A DNA stretch of 63,198 nucleotides, the filler included, from Octopus bimaculoides (lineage: Eukaryota), in NCBI RefSeq assembly GCF_001194135.2. It is 5 parts of 5 records of this genome, joined end to end, with 100 filler letters (N's around TTAATTAATTAA, not from the genome) between each part and the next. Parts side by side here need not be neighbours in the genome. Positions count along the whole stretch, not along the records: positions 1 to 21,641 come from NC_068986.1; positions 21,742 to 39,573 come from NC_068982.1; 3 more parts are not named here. One strand, written 5' to 3'. The translations under genes and the position numbers were made by a program. Under the pieces are notes generated by a model. It searched no databases and was not told where the DNA came from. It saw nothing but the letters and a program-made list of their open reading frames with translations. Shown here piece after piece: positions 12,575 to 25,340 of this stretch. Every line of letters begins with the position of its first letter. Position 1 is the stretch's first letter.

Positions 12575-13454
12575 TTATTGGTGGTTGTTGTGGTGGTGAT
12601 GAGGTTGTGTGTGGTCGTGGTGGCGCTGTGNNNNNNNNNNNNNNNNNNNNNNNNNNNNNNNNNNNNNNNNNNNNNNNNNNNNNNNNNNNNNNNNNNNNNN
12701 NNNNNNNNNNNNNNNNNNNNNNNNNNNNNNNNNNNNNNNNNNNNNNNNNNNNNNNGGGGAGGGGAGGGGAGGAGGAAGAGGAGGAGGAGAAGAAGGATGT
12801 GGATAACGACAACTATGACAGCAATCACGATGATGATGTGGAGTTGGAAGAAGAAGAAGAAGAAGAAGAAGAAGAAGAAGAACAACAACAACAACAACAG
12901 GAACAAGGAGGAGGAGGAGGAGGAGGAGAAGGAGGACGAGCAGGAGGAGGACGAGGAGGAGGAGGACGAGGATGAGGAGGACGAGGAGGAGGAGGACGAG
13001 GAGGAGGAGGACGAGGACGAGAACGACCACGACCACGACGACAATGATGATTTTGTTAATGATAGCGAGAACGATAGTGATGGTGATGCTGATCGTTATG
13101 GCGATTGTAGTGAAAAGGGGCAGGAGGAGGGCGAAATGACGGTGAACCTAACGACCGTGTGCACGATGAAAATGATGATTGTAATTATAATGAGCACAAG
13201 AAGGAAATGGAGGAAAGAAGCGAATGAGAAAAACGACGTTGAAGACGTTCATGTTGTTGGCGTGAACGATAGAGGACAATGGCTTGTTCTTTTCATCACC
13301 CAGGAAACTTACATGGTTGAATGACGCAATGAATTTCGGTCTTACACTGCGCTCCTCTTCCTCCATCTCCTCCCCCCTCTACCTCCTCCTCTTCTTCTTC
13401 TTCCAACTCCACATCATCATCGTCATTGTCGTCATCGTTATCATCTTCCTCCAT

Positions 13455-13488
<34 letters not shown>

Positions 13489-13582
13489 CCGCCACCATAC
13501 CACCACTACCATTACAACCGCCACCACCATCACCATCATTACCACCATCATTACCACCACCATTACCATCACCATCACTACA

Positions 13583-13616
<34 letters not shown>

Positions 13617-13620
13617 GTGA
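12470..13620. repeat. Large compound trinucleotide low-complexity region (GAT, GAA, CAA, GGA; then CTT, CAT, CAC)
   Basis: Direct reading. The ORFs here are homopolymeric artefacts. Confidence 0.9.
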
Positions 13621-14211
13621 GAGGAAGGGAGTTCTGCAAACTTAATTGTCTATACTTCATGAAGTCGAGGTAATCCCTGACTTCATTGCTCACAGCAGAC
13701 CAAAGTAGGTCTTTCTATTTGGGGTCGCCCTTCGCATACTATCAAAAACGCCCATTTCTGACTGATTCTGCATCGCAACTAAATACACATGGCTCCGCCT
13801 CTGCATTTACTTTCTATTTTTATGAGGGATCTACTTTAATGGCTCCAGTATTTGCATTTTACAATGAGGGATTCTATAAGTGATACAGTGTGCGACAAAA
13901 AGAAAACAGCCTTCTGATACCGTTGCAACAGCATGATCATAGAATGCACCGCTCCAAACCATGGTGGTATTTGAGAAAACATGACAAAAGATTAGCTACA
14001 CGAATAAACAATTATCTTGTCTAACATTTTTTAGGTTCACACCAATGGCCGGAAAAAGTATGGCATACTGTTTCCATGGAACCCTGTGTTTTGGTGTTCA
14101 GCCGATCTAAAACATCAATTAAACCTATTCCAAGTCGTAGACTGCGGTACGGTGCACTGATTTCTTATGCAGCTATTTTCACAGTTATATATCTTCTACG
14201 TTTACTAGAGT

Positions 14212-14600
14212 GGAGGTGCAATGGCCCAGTGGTTAGGGCAGAGGACTCGCGGTCATAGGATCGCGGTTTCGATTCCCAGACCGGGCGTTGTGAGTGTTTA
14301 TTGAGCGAAAACACCTAAAGCTCCACGAGGTTCCGGCAGGGGATGGTGGTGAAACCTGCTGTACTCTTTCACCACAACTTTCTCTCACTCTTACTTCCTG
14401 TTTCTGTTGTGCACGTAATTCAAAGGGTCTGTTTGTCACACTGTGTCACGCTGAATATCCCGAGAACTACGTTAAAGGTACACGTGCTTGTGGAGTGCTC
14501 AGCCACTTGCACGTTAATTTCATGAGCAGGCTGTTCGGTTGATTGGATCAACTGGAACCATCGACGTCGTAAGCGACGGAGTGCCAACAACAACAACAAC
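14212..14600 (+). mobile_element. Full-length ~390-bp tRNA-derived SINE (octopus OK-like) with TSD
   Basis: A-box 'tggcccagtggttagg', B-box-like 'ggtttcgattccc', (CAA)n tail. TSD cgtttactaga (14199-14209) / cgtctactaga (14600-14610). A near-identical copy lies at 50670-51062. Confidence 0.9.
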
Positions 14601-15392
14601 GTCTACTAGAAAGCATTTCACGAGTTCGATGACAAATAAGCTCCTTTATTATATTCGAGACGTTTCTTGCTAAAAATGGCAGCTACATCAACCCTAGAAT
14701 CACATATTATCATCTGGAAAAGAGAAGCTGCATTGAATTATGTAATTTTTAGATACGAATTGCTTGAAAGAATGGACAAAGTCATGACCGGAGCAACATT
14801 CAGCATAGTTAAGCACAAACAGAACGTAGCTGCAGGAGAAGAAAAACATCAACAACAATGACTACAGCCACAAAAACATCAACTCAGCAGCTTATAGTCC
14901 TACACTTAATCCTCTTTGTTATTCAACCTCTACGCTAATGTCTATTCGATCAATGTCTTCCAAACCATTCGCTTCCGTTCGTTGTCCTCAAATTTTTAAG
15001 ATCAGAAACGCCACAATACTTTCACTAAAATTCTGTATTTACTTTGACTTTTCACCACATTCTTCTATTAATGCTAAATACATTAGTACACATCATTTCT
15101 AATGGAAAATGTCAGTAAATTTTAAAATACTGAACAGCAAGCGGAGAAAAAAAAAAAACTGATGGAAACAAATAAAAATAAGCAAATTTATGCACAAACC
15201 AAATATAATATTTTTCTCTACTTCTCAAGCATAAAAGTTTGTTTATGGATGTAAAATTTAGCTATACGTACAAATTACTGCAGGTGACGTAAGAACATTG
15301 TCCTGCACATAACTACATGCATACACACACACTCATACTCATATGCAGAGAGAGAGAGTGAGAGAGTAATATATATATATATTGGCTAAGTG

Positions 15393-15429
<37 letters not shown>

Positions 15430-15752
15430 TTACATATATACATATACATATTGGCTATATGTGTGCATGTGTGATTGGTTATGTGTGTGTTGACTAAGTA
15501 TTTTCTTAATGTTACTTTGTCCTTATTTTTTTTCCTATTTCGTTAAATATCTATTTGTAAAGATTCATCTAAATTTAAGAGGACAAGAAGCAATAAAAAA
15601 GAAAACCCATCAAACTTGATTTTTCTCCATGTCGATTAAAAATTTTTAGTTTAAAGTAGACTTCGAAACTTATTCCCTTAAACTATTTGTCACTGCGAAT
15701 CATTAACGTTTAAGAACATATATACATACATATATAAATATATATATGTATT

Positions 15753-15803
<51 letters not shown>

Positions 15804-17849
15804 NNNNNNNNNNNNNNNNNNNNNNNNNNNNNNNNNNNNNNNNNNNNNNNNNNNNNNNNNNNNNNNNNNNNNNNNNNNNNNNNNNNNNNNNNNNNNNNNN
15901 NNNNNNNNNNNNNNNNNNNNNNNNNNNNNNNNNNNNNNNNNNNNNNNNNNNNNNNNNNNNNNNNNNNNNNNNNNNNNNNNNNNNNNNNNNNNNNNNNNNN
16001 NNNNNNNNNNNNNNNNNNNNNNNNNNNNNNNNNNNNNNNNNNNNNNNNNNNNNNNNNNNNNNNNNNNNNNNNNNNNNNNNNNNNNNNNNNNNNNNNNNNN
16101 NNNNNNNNNNNNNNNNNNNNNNNNNNNNNNNNNNNNNNNNNNNNNNNNNNNNNNNNNNNNNNNNNNNNNNNNNNNNNNNNNNNNNNNNNNNNNNNNNNNN
16201 NNNNNNNNNNNNNNNNNNNNNNNNNNNNNNNNNNNNNNNNNNNNNNNNNNNNNNNNNNNNNNNNNNNNNNNNNNNNNNNNNNNNNNNNNNNNNNNNNNNN
16301 NNNNNNNNNNNNNNNNNNNNNNNNNNNNNNNNNNNNNNNNNNNNNNNNNNNNNNNNNNNNNNNNNNNNNNNNNNNNNNNNNNNNNNNNNNNNNNNNNNNN
16401 NNNNNNNNNNNNNNNNNNNNNNNNNNNNNNNNNNNNNNNNNNNNNNNNNNNNNNNNNNNNNNNNNNNNNNNNNNNNNNNNNNNNNNNNNNNNNNNNNNNN
16501 NNNNNNNNNNNNNNNNNNNNNNNNNNNNNNNNNNNNNNNNNNNNNNNNNNNNNNNNNNNNNNNNNNNNNNNNNNNNNNNNNNNNNNNNNNNNNNNNNNNN
16601 NNNNNNNNNNNNNNNNNNNNNNNNNNNNNNNNNNNNNNNNNNNNNNNNNNNNNNNNNNNNNNNNNNNNNNNNNNNNNNNNNNNNNNNNNNNNNNNNNNNN
16701 NNNNNGTGTAAGCGTCTTTGCGTTTGTGTTTTTCTGTGTGTGCCTTGTTTCTCATATTTCTAAATAAGAAAGAAATATGAAAATAGCGTTATTTGGCTTA
16801 AATCTAGTTTTCATTTCATAATTCTAGTTTTCTTGTAGAGCTGTTGAGTTTTGGTAAGGAAGAGAAGCTCACCTACAAATCCTGTATACTTATCTCTTAT
16901 TTCTACGAAACATAAATTTTTACAAAAAAAAAACTATATTTTATTTTGTGTATTTATTGAAATAAGTTAATTTTTATTCATTTTTTTTTTATTTATCCCC
17001 TCTATAATCACAGAGAGAATTTTTCAAAATTGTATTTCTATTTTCGTCTTGTTCACTGTGATGTATTTGAGAAAAATAAACAAATAAGTATCATTGGAAG
17101 AGTTTATGAAAATTGATAAGAACATTTGAAAACATTGACGGATTTCTTGCTTTTATTTACTTGCATTTAAAAAAAATACAATATGAAAATATCTAAGAAA
17201 TATTTGTACGAATATCTACCTTTTCTTGTTACTGATTCAGTCATTGTGGCCATGCTGAGACATCATCTTTAAGTGTCTAGTCGGACATAACAACGCCATT
17301 ACTTATTTTTCAATGTTTGTAATTTAATCAACCATTCTCTTTTCCCGAAGCATTAAAAGCTATGGAGACGTAAACAAACATACACCAGTTGTCAAGTGTT
17401 AATGTGTGAGACAAGCACTAACGCAAAGACACGCAGAGGCCATATATACATACACAGAGTGACACACACACAATCACATACGCAAATTTCTCTTTCTCTC
17501 TCTTTTTACCTTTCTATTTCTATCTCTCTCACTTTGTATATACACATGTGTATATATATGTATATGTGTACACACTCCCACGCGCAGACACACACATATC
17601 TATCTATCTATCTATCTATCNNNNNNNNNNAAACTTAATCACAAATTATGAGTCAGGCTGGGGCAGTGGAGTATGACAGATACAACCATGCATACACTCA
17701 CACATAGATATAGCATATGTATATGTGTGTGTATGTATTTATGTGTGTGTGCATGCATGCATGATTTTATATATGCATGCATGTATGTATGTATGTATGT
17801 GTTCAATTTATATAGAAAAGCATATAGCTTTGAGTAAATCATTGAAATC

Positions 17850-19980
17850 TAGGTTGTCTTTCTGAGTGGCGTCTCAATGTTTTGATATTGACTACTTTTT
17901 CAAATATTTTATGTCCATATTCTGCAAATTCAGTTTATACATTCTTTAATATTCTCATTTAATTAGATGACTTCTCCGAAAACAACGTCCCTAGTTAATG
18001 TTCTGTATTGATTATTAAGATGTGATTTTCTGCTGTGCAACTGGACTCTCTTTGATCTGCAAATATTCTCAGGTTTATTGGATCGCTCACTCTGCTCATA
18101 GTAACATATAATTGTCCGTGTTTGAATACTACAATCGAAAGATACAATCCACATCTCTTAACACTTCGTCTTTGACCTTTACTTAGCGGCATGTCAAAAG
18201 CAGGCCTTAGAGGAAATTACATTTTTTAGAGTAAATAATAAATCAATGTGAGATGTTTGAAGAGGAACTCGGGGAATCATGAGCATCTTTCAAATGTCAA
18301 CAACGCAAGAAGAATATTAGTAAGGCTGAGTACCGTATATAGAGTACAGTTGCCATGGCCATTTTTGCGGTCTACGTTTTGGGGGAAGTATCACTGAAGC
18401 CCTACTTTAAGTTTGATGCTGTAAGGCGGTGAATTGGTAATAATTAGTGATTTCAAAATTCTGTGGGATAAGGAACAGCTTGATTCTCTTCCACGACCGA
18501 ATCTATGATTTTCAATGTAATCACAATTCCGAGATGTTTCTTCATAATTTTATCGTTTGGTTGAACAGCTTCGTCTTTTTTTTTTTTTTTTTTTTTTTTT
18601 TTTGCAATAGCACTTAAAAATATCGTGCTAGCACTTACAAATATTTATTGCTCGTTTTTGTAGTGTATTACTAAATCAGCATGAACAAATTTAACCAAAT
18701 CTTCTTTGGAATTTACTGTTAAAAAAAGGGTGAATCCCAATAGCGTCTGGAAAAATGTGTCAGTATATAGCATATTTGAAAGCCTTCCTTTACACAGTTC
18801 CACCAATCAGTTTTCGTTGTGTATTAATTAAATGCGACAGAATAATTGCTCTTCAAGCAGTTAAGAAGTCTCGCATTTGTCTGGATATTTGAAGTCAAAC
18901 TTCGCATTGATTTTAAATAGAAGGCCTTTCCATGCATGCAACAATTATCGAAAATCAGTGAACTTTACAGGCTACTCGGAGACATTGCAAAAATTTCCGC
19001 AGAGGAATAATGATTTCATTCCAAGAAGTTTCTCATTTTCCTTTACATCTTCAAGCTTGCAGTTCGTGGCTTCGGGAAGATGTCAGTGGCACATAAGGGC
19101 CTGAAGACAACCAGTTAAATCATTAGAAGGTATGTCATAGGCTGGGTTAGATTTTACTGGAAACTTGAATCGAGAACTGGCAGCCCGTTCAAGCTGCAAT
19201 AGTTTAATCACGTTAACGCTGTAACAGGCACAATTCAATCGTTTTTTTGCAAACATGGAACAGTGGTAAATCTAGCCGCTATGGTTGGCCTGCGTTTCCT
19301 GGAACATCAATAAATATCAATAAATATCACATTTATTGCTTTCAGAGGATCTTTTATGAATTCAGAAACAATTCTTTGTTTGTTATTGAGTATATTTATG
19401 AGATCGTAACGTCTGTAAGCTAGAAGAGTCGTTAGCGCATATGACAAAATGCTTGGTACCATTTCTTCTGTCTATGAACGTTTTGAGTTCAAATCTCGCC
19501 GACATCTACATTACCTTTCATTCTTTTGGCATCTATAAATTAAGTTCCGGTTACTATAGGTTGCTGGTTTGCGCCAAAATTTGAAACAATTACAATAGAC
19601 TTTGCTTTAAAGTTGTATTTTATTTGGATTAACATAGACATTTCGTAAGTGGTAGTTAGCTGTGGGCAAGCAATTGTTAAAAAATATTACGAAATCAGCT
19701 GAATCTCCAGTCTGGATAGTATGTCATTAACGTTGGCTTCAATTACATTTTCAGCGGCCATTGTTTCTCTTCTACGATATACAAAAACTTTCAACTTTAT
19801 TACCATAAAACTTACATACTTGCAGGTTGATGGAGAGCAGAGGTGAAGAATTGTAATCAGCAAATTTTGAATCTGGTCTGAAGAACGTTTCATTGCGTTT
19901 CCATTCATGCATATCAGCCTTCTTATATTATTTTTCAGGGGATTCATTTCTTCGCAAGCATATTCTAAAATGTTTGGCTA
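17850..19980 (-). mobile_element. Helitron RepHel relic (PIF1-like helicase half), heavily decayed, interrupted by a SINE
   Basis: Ordered minus-strand motifs: IFIDVPGNAG (Walker A region, about 19300), SRFKFP, QCLRV..IVACM, IDSVVEENQ, KLKVG..NVDRKNGHGN, MLMIPRVPL, FPLRPAF, KGQRRSVKRCGLYL..VFKHGQLYVTMSRVSDP, RTLTRDVVFGEVI*. Confidence 0.8.
19415..19590 (+). mobile_element. Degenerate Meta-domain-like SINE inserted in the Helitron
   Basis: 'gtcgttagcgcatatgacaaaatgcttgg...tttgagttcaaatctcgccg...ccaaaatttgaaac'. Confidence 0.7.
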
Positions 19981-20002
19981 GAGGATAGCATAACAGTGCG
20001 CA

Positions 20003-20193
20003 TTCTTTTATTCTTTCATTTGTTGCAGTCATTCGACTGCGGCCATGCTGGAGCACCACCTTTAGTCAAAACAAATCGACCCCAGGACTTAATTTTTGTT
20101 AGCCTAGAACTTATTCTATCGGTCTCATTTGCCGAACCGGTAATTTACGGGGACGTAGACACACCAACACTGGTTGTCAAGCAATGATGGAGG

Positions 20194-20253
<60 letters not shown>

Positions 20254-20426
20254 ATATATATATGCGACGGGTTTCTTTCAGTTACCGTCTACCAAATCCA
20301 CTCATAAGGCTTTGGTCGGCCCGAGGCTATAGTAAAAGATACATGCCCGAGGTGCCACGCAGTGGGATTGAACCAGGAACCATGTCATTTGTAAGCAAGC
20401 TACTTACCACACAGCCACTCCTGCGC
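20003..20426 (-). mobile_element. Full-length CORE-type SINE (octopus OR-like) with central (CA)n
   Basis: Reverse complement: head 'gcgcaggagtggctgtgtggtaagtagcttgc', core 'ggcacctcgggcatgtatcttttactatagcctcgggccgaccaaagcc', tail 'ggtgctccagcatggccgcagtcgaatgac'. Confidence 0.9.
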
Positions 20427-20599
20427 ATGAAATTTTCCAAAGAGGATTCGAGAATTCGAGAATTCAATGGTTTGAATGCATCGCTTGTGATGCATTCGAG
20501 ACTATGCTGAGGCGCTCTTTTGTATAAAGCTGCTAACAATTGCAATTTGAACATATGTATGGATGTATTATGTATGTATGTAGGTATGTATGTATGTAT

Positions 20600-20986
20600 G
20601 TGTGTGTTTATGTTTGTGTGTCTGTGCTTGTCCCTCTAACATCGCTTGACAACCGATGCTGGTATGTTTACGTCCGCGTAACTTAGCGGTTCGGCAAAAG
20701 AGTACGAGACAATAAGTACTAGGCTTAATAAAGAATAAGTCCTGGGGTCGATTTGCTCGACTAAAGGCGGTGCTCCAGCATGGTCGCAGTCAAATGATTG
20801 AAACAAGTAAAAGAATAAAAGAAACTCTCTGAGTGGTTGGCGTTAGGAAGGGCATCCAGCTGTAGAAACCCTGCCAAATTAGATTGGAGCCTGGTGTTGC
20901 CATCCGGTTTCACCAGTCCTCAGTTAAATCGTCCAACCCATGCTAGCATGGAAAGCGGACGTTAAACGATGATGATGATGATGATG
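20600..20986 (+). mobile_element. 3' half of CORE-type SINE followed directly by an RTE-like 3' tail ending in (GAT)n
   Basis: 'aacatcgcttgacaaccgatgctgg...gaaacaagtaaaagaa', then 'gagtggttggcgttaggaagggcatccagctgtagaaac...ggaaagcggacgttaaacgatgatgatg'. Confidence 0.8.
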
Positions 20987-21740
20987 ATATATACATACAG
21001 TGAGAGTTGGGAACGAAGAGTTTTCGTCGGGACCACCGCCTTTAGTCGAACAAATCGTATCCCTAGTACTTATTCGACCGGTCTCTCTTGCCGAACCGCT
21101 AGGTTACGGGTACGTAAACACACCATCCACTCACAAGGCCTTGGTCAGCGGGAGGCTATAAATTCATCTGATCCCAAAACATACCACTCCAAGCGAAAGC
21201 GTCTGTTAAAAGAGGATCAGCGAAACTGTAAACCAAATTCCCTTTTCTTTACTATTTTCACTTCACACATGTTTTTTTGGGGGGTTTTTTTTTACAGTAT
21301 AACTTGTCGACTACCACTAAAATGAAAGAACTTTGTACATTCAAACAAACTGATATAGAGTTTTAATTTTATTGACTGCTATGAACATTCAAACTTACAC
21401 CATCTGTTTTGAACATGTTAATTTATCAGCATTGAAACATTTTAATTTGTCAACATTGAAACATTTTAATTTGTCCACATTGAAACTTTTAAAGATATTT
21501 TTCTAATCTTAAACTTTTACCATTGATAAACAAAAAAAATGTTGTTGAAACTAGCTTGGTATATATGTAAATAAATGTATTTTAAACATTTACGAGTTTT
21601 TGAATTTTAGGTGCATTTTCAACAACACATTTTCCTACACANNNNNNNNNNNNNNNNNNNNNNNNNNNNNNNNNNNNNNNNNNNNTTAATTAATTAANNN
21701 NNNNNNNNNNNNNNNNNNNNNNNNNNNNNNNNNNNNNNNN

Positions 21741-21741
21741 N

Positions 21742-21778
<37 letters not shown>

Positions 21779-21785
21779 GTATATG

Positions 21786-21822
<37 letters not shown>

Positions 21823-21829
21823 GTATATG

Positions 21830-21867
<38 letters not shown>

Positions 21868-21985
21868 TGTATATGTATATATATGTATGTATATATATGT
21901 ATGTGTATATATATATGTATGTATATATATGTATATATATATGTATGTATATATATGTAATATGTATGTATATATATATATGTAC
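21741..21985. repeat. (TA)/(TATG) compound microsatellite
   Basis: Direct reading. Confidence 0.95.
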
Positions 21986-22699
21986 ACGGTACTGGCAACG
22001 GCCACGTTCAAAATGGTGTTTTTTACGTGCACCTGCACAGGAGCCAGTCTAGCGGCACTGGCAACGACCTCGCTCGAATGATTTTCTAGCATGCCACTAA
22101 GGCGACGCTGGTAACGATCACGCTCAAATGGTGCTATATACGGGCCACTAGCACGGAAGCCAGACAGCTGCTCTGGCAATGATCACGCTCGGACAGTGCT
22201 GGTATATATATATATATATGTGTGTATATATATGTATGTGTATATATATATGTATGTATGTATATATATGTAATGTCTATCAATACTCATGTTTGCCTGT
22301 CTTCTGAATTTTTCCTACTAAACAGTCATCCTTCATTCTTCTTTTCTCCATCACTCATACTTACTCACGTAATCCATCTTGATCATTCACTATATTCATT
22401 GGCTTTATCCATCTGACCACCCTATGTTCAGATCCATATCTTACTCTCCCCTTACACTTTTGCAACTTTACCCAACCTCCTTGATTCTTATTGTTGAGTA
22501 TATTATTATGAGGGTACATCCAAGTACCCCATCACCACCATAATTATCTCTCTTTCAAGAACTACTTCAACCATCCATGTGAAATGTGAATTAGCCATGA
22601 ATCTCCTCCATGGCAGTAAATTTGTGACTACCCTATCTTCTATCAAACCTCTCAGTTGAGTGGTTGGGGTGAAACTTTAGTCTTGTGAGTTACTTGGTT

Positions 22700-22940
22700 A
22701 CCTTACACTGATAAATCCATACGTGCACCAAAATTATCCAAGAATGAGTCTAAGGTACGAAAATGTAAGATGTTAGTGTGGTTTCTAATCTTTGTGAATA
22801 TGTAGATACATCCGCGTATAAGTGGTTGGGAAGTTGTGTCGCCAAAGTAGAGCTTACAGGGCATAACTGACGGTATATATATCGCACCCAAAACTTGTTG
22901 ATTTTTAAGGTGTTGCTGTGTCTGTAACTGTCCCCCACAC
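22700..22940 (-). mobile_element. Possible degenerate GIY-YIG (Penelope-like) fragment
   Basis: GAIYIPSVMPCKLYFGDT...KIRNH loosely resembles (V/I)Y.IPC..C...Y.GET...EH. Weak. Confidence 0.3.
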
Positions 22941-23941
22941 TAAAAAAAAAAAAAAATCTCTATCATTCTCTATAAGTTAAAACTCCCACTATTTCAGAGA
23001 CATCCAATTAGATGATGTTATCAATTAACTCATCTGCTAGTTCAGCCACCTACTCTGAAGATGTGAATGAGAAAATATAAGATACACAAAGGGAGAGAGT
23101 CATTCAGAGAAGTTTGTTTAGTTGTTGGCTGACACATAGTCACCCAAACTATTGATAACCATTCTTCAACATCTTAAAAGATGTAGTATGCCCAAGATGG
23201 TGTCTAACTTTTAAAGGCATCAAAATATTTTGGGGCTAATTGTGTATTCATATGTGTATTCACACACACACACACACACACACACACCTTTTCAAAAATG
23301 AATTATCTATGCACAGTGGACCCAAATTTTGCCTAAAATGTGAACTTGTGAATATTGTAATAACTCACTGTAAAAGGAAATGACACAATACCATTCAAGC
23401 CATGACAATCTAAGCAAAATAGTGTGTGTGTGCGTGCGTGTATATGGAATATCTGTCGATACACAATATACAGCTGAACTGTGCAATAAGCATTGGTGTT
23501 TATGACTGACTGAAAAAAGAAAAGAAAATTCACTCTGTACTGCTAATCATCTCTCCTTTTTTTTCTGAGCTTTTACTCTCCTACTGCCCATGTTTATCAT
23601 TCACTATATTCATTCCCTATATCCATCTTATCACACTATGTTCAGATCCAACTCCTTCAACATTTTTTCATTCTTGTACATACTTCTTACTCTTATACCA
23701 TTTACTATTATAGAATATTATTATTTTTTATTTTTAGTTTATGGTTCTGTAACTAGTTTTAATGTGGGTAGGATTAAATCATTTGCAACCCACAGTATAT
23801 TTTTTTCTGTTCTTAGCGTAGTGATTTCATCTATAAGCACAGGGCCTCATATTCAAATGTCATCAGGATGAACTGACATGTCTTTTTCACTGACTATGTA
23901 TGTGTGAATTACATAATCCATTTCTTTTTTTTATCATGCAT

Positions 23942-23973
<32 letters not shown>

Positions 23974-24515
23974 NNNNNNNNNNNNNNNNNNNNNNNNNNN
24001 NNNNNNNNNNNNNNNNNNNNNNNNNNNNNNNNNNNNNNNNNNNNNNNNNNNNNNNNNNNNNNNNNNNNNNNNNNNNNNNNNNNNNNNNNNNNNNNNNNNN
24101 NNNNNNNNNNNNNNNNNNNNNNNNNNNNNNNNNNNNNNNNNNNNNNNNNNNNNNNNNNNNNNNNNNNNNNNNNNNNNNNNNNNNNNNNNNNNNNNNNNNN
24201 NNNNNNNNNNNNNNNNNNNNNNNNNNNNNNNNNNNNNNNNNNNNNNNNNNNNNNNNNNNNNNNNNNNNNNNNNNNNNNNNNNNNNNNNNNNNNNNNNNNN
24301 NNNNNNNNNNNNNNNNNNNNNNNNNNNNNNNNNNNNNNNNNNNNNNNNNNNNNNNNNNNNNNNNNNNNNNNNNNNNNNNNNNNNNNNNNNNNNNNNNNNN
24401 NNNNNNNNNNNNNNNNNNNNNNNNNNNNNNNNNNNNNNNNNNNNNNNNNNNNNNNNNNAAAAACAAGCCCTAAAATGGTACCAATACTATCAAAAGACAA
24501 GGTTTATATTCAAAA

Positions 24516-24569
<54 letters not shown>

Positions 24570-24884
24570 CACACATACATAGTTTAACTTTATTTTTCCC
24601 AAGCATCCTTATCTATTTCTTGGAAAACAAATTGATAAAACTATAATGTTTGTATTTTTTCTCATCCCTTTTATTCAAGTATTTCCTTTCCTTTAGAAAT
24701 ACTTAATTGAATTTATCTCTTGACATGAATTCATTTCCCATTTGCTTTGCCATTTTCTTTTTTCTTCTATTTTTAAAAGTGTGGAAGCTTAATATTCAGC
24801 ATCATGAGTTGGTGTTTTATTTTAGAAAGTCTGCTCCCTTTATTTTCATTTACCATACCTCTTGGCTTTCCTTATCATTATTAT

Positions 24885-25340
24885 TACGATGCTGGCAAAC
24901 TGGCAGGATTATTAACACACCAGACAAAATGCTTAGTGGCATTTCATCTGTCTTTTTATTCTGAGTTCAAACTCTGCCAAAGTTAACTTTGCCTTTCATC
25001 AAGTACCTGCTGAGCACTGGAGTCAATGTAATCAACTAACCCCCTTCTCCAAAAAATTTTAGGTGTTGTGCCTACAGTAGAAATGATTATTATTATTATT
25101 GTTAGTATTATTAAGATAGCAAGCTGGCAGAATCATTAGCACACCAAGCAAAATGCTTAGTGGCATTTCTTCTGGCTTAATGTTCTGAGTTCAAATTCTG
25201 CCAAGGTCAACTTTGCCTATCGTCCTTTCAAGGGCAATAAAATAAGTACCAGTTGAGCATTGGAGTCAATCTGATTGACCTATTCCTCCCCCGAAATTGC
25301 TGGCCTTGTGCCAAAACTTGAAAGCGCTATTATTATTATT
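24885..25340 (+). mobile_element. Two tandem Meta-domain-like SINEs, CpG-decayed
   Basis: Two heads ('gctggcaaactggcagga', 'gcaagctggcagaatcattagc'), each followed by 'ttctgagttcaaa..ctgccaa.gt.aactttgcc' and an ATT tail. Confidence 0.85.

Noticed and set aside
12427-13693. Poly-D/E/S/H/M ORFs resembling acidic or His-rich proteins (also 11595-12202, 62433-63000)
   Set aside because: These are translations of trinucleotide microsatellites, open in several frames on both strands, with no splice support.
14212-14290. tRNA-like sequences (also 50990-51062 and 59013-59085)
   Set aside because: These are SINE heads: they have A/B boxes but continue into family bodies with tails and TSDs, and do not form a full cloverleaf.
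21686-21697. TTAATTAATTAA island inside N runs (also 39618-39629, 57776-57787, 61906-61917)
   Set aside because: The identical 12-mer is flanked by about 44 N on each side and has stops in all six frames. It is an assembly spacer, not biology.
21985-22200. CRISPR-like repeat-spacer pattern
   Set aside because: The context is eukaryotic, the repeats are diverged, the spacers are partly homologous, and there are no cas genes.
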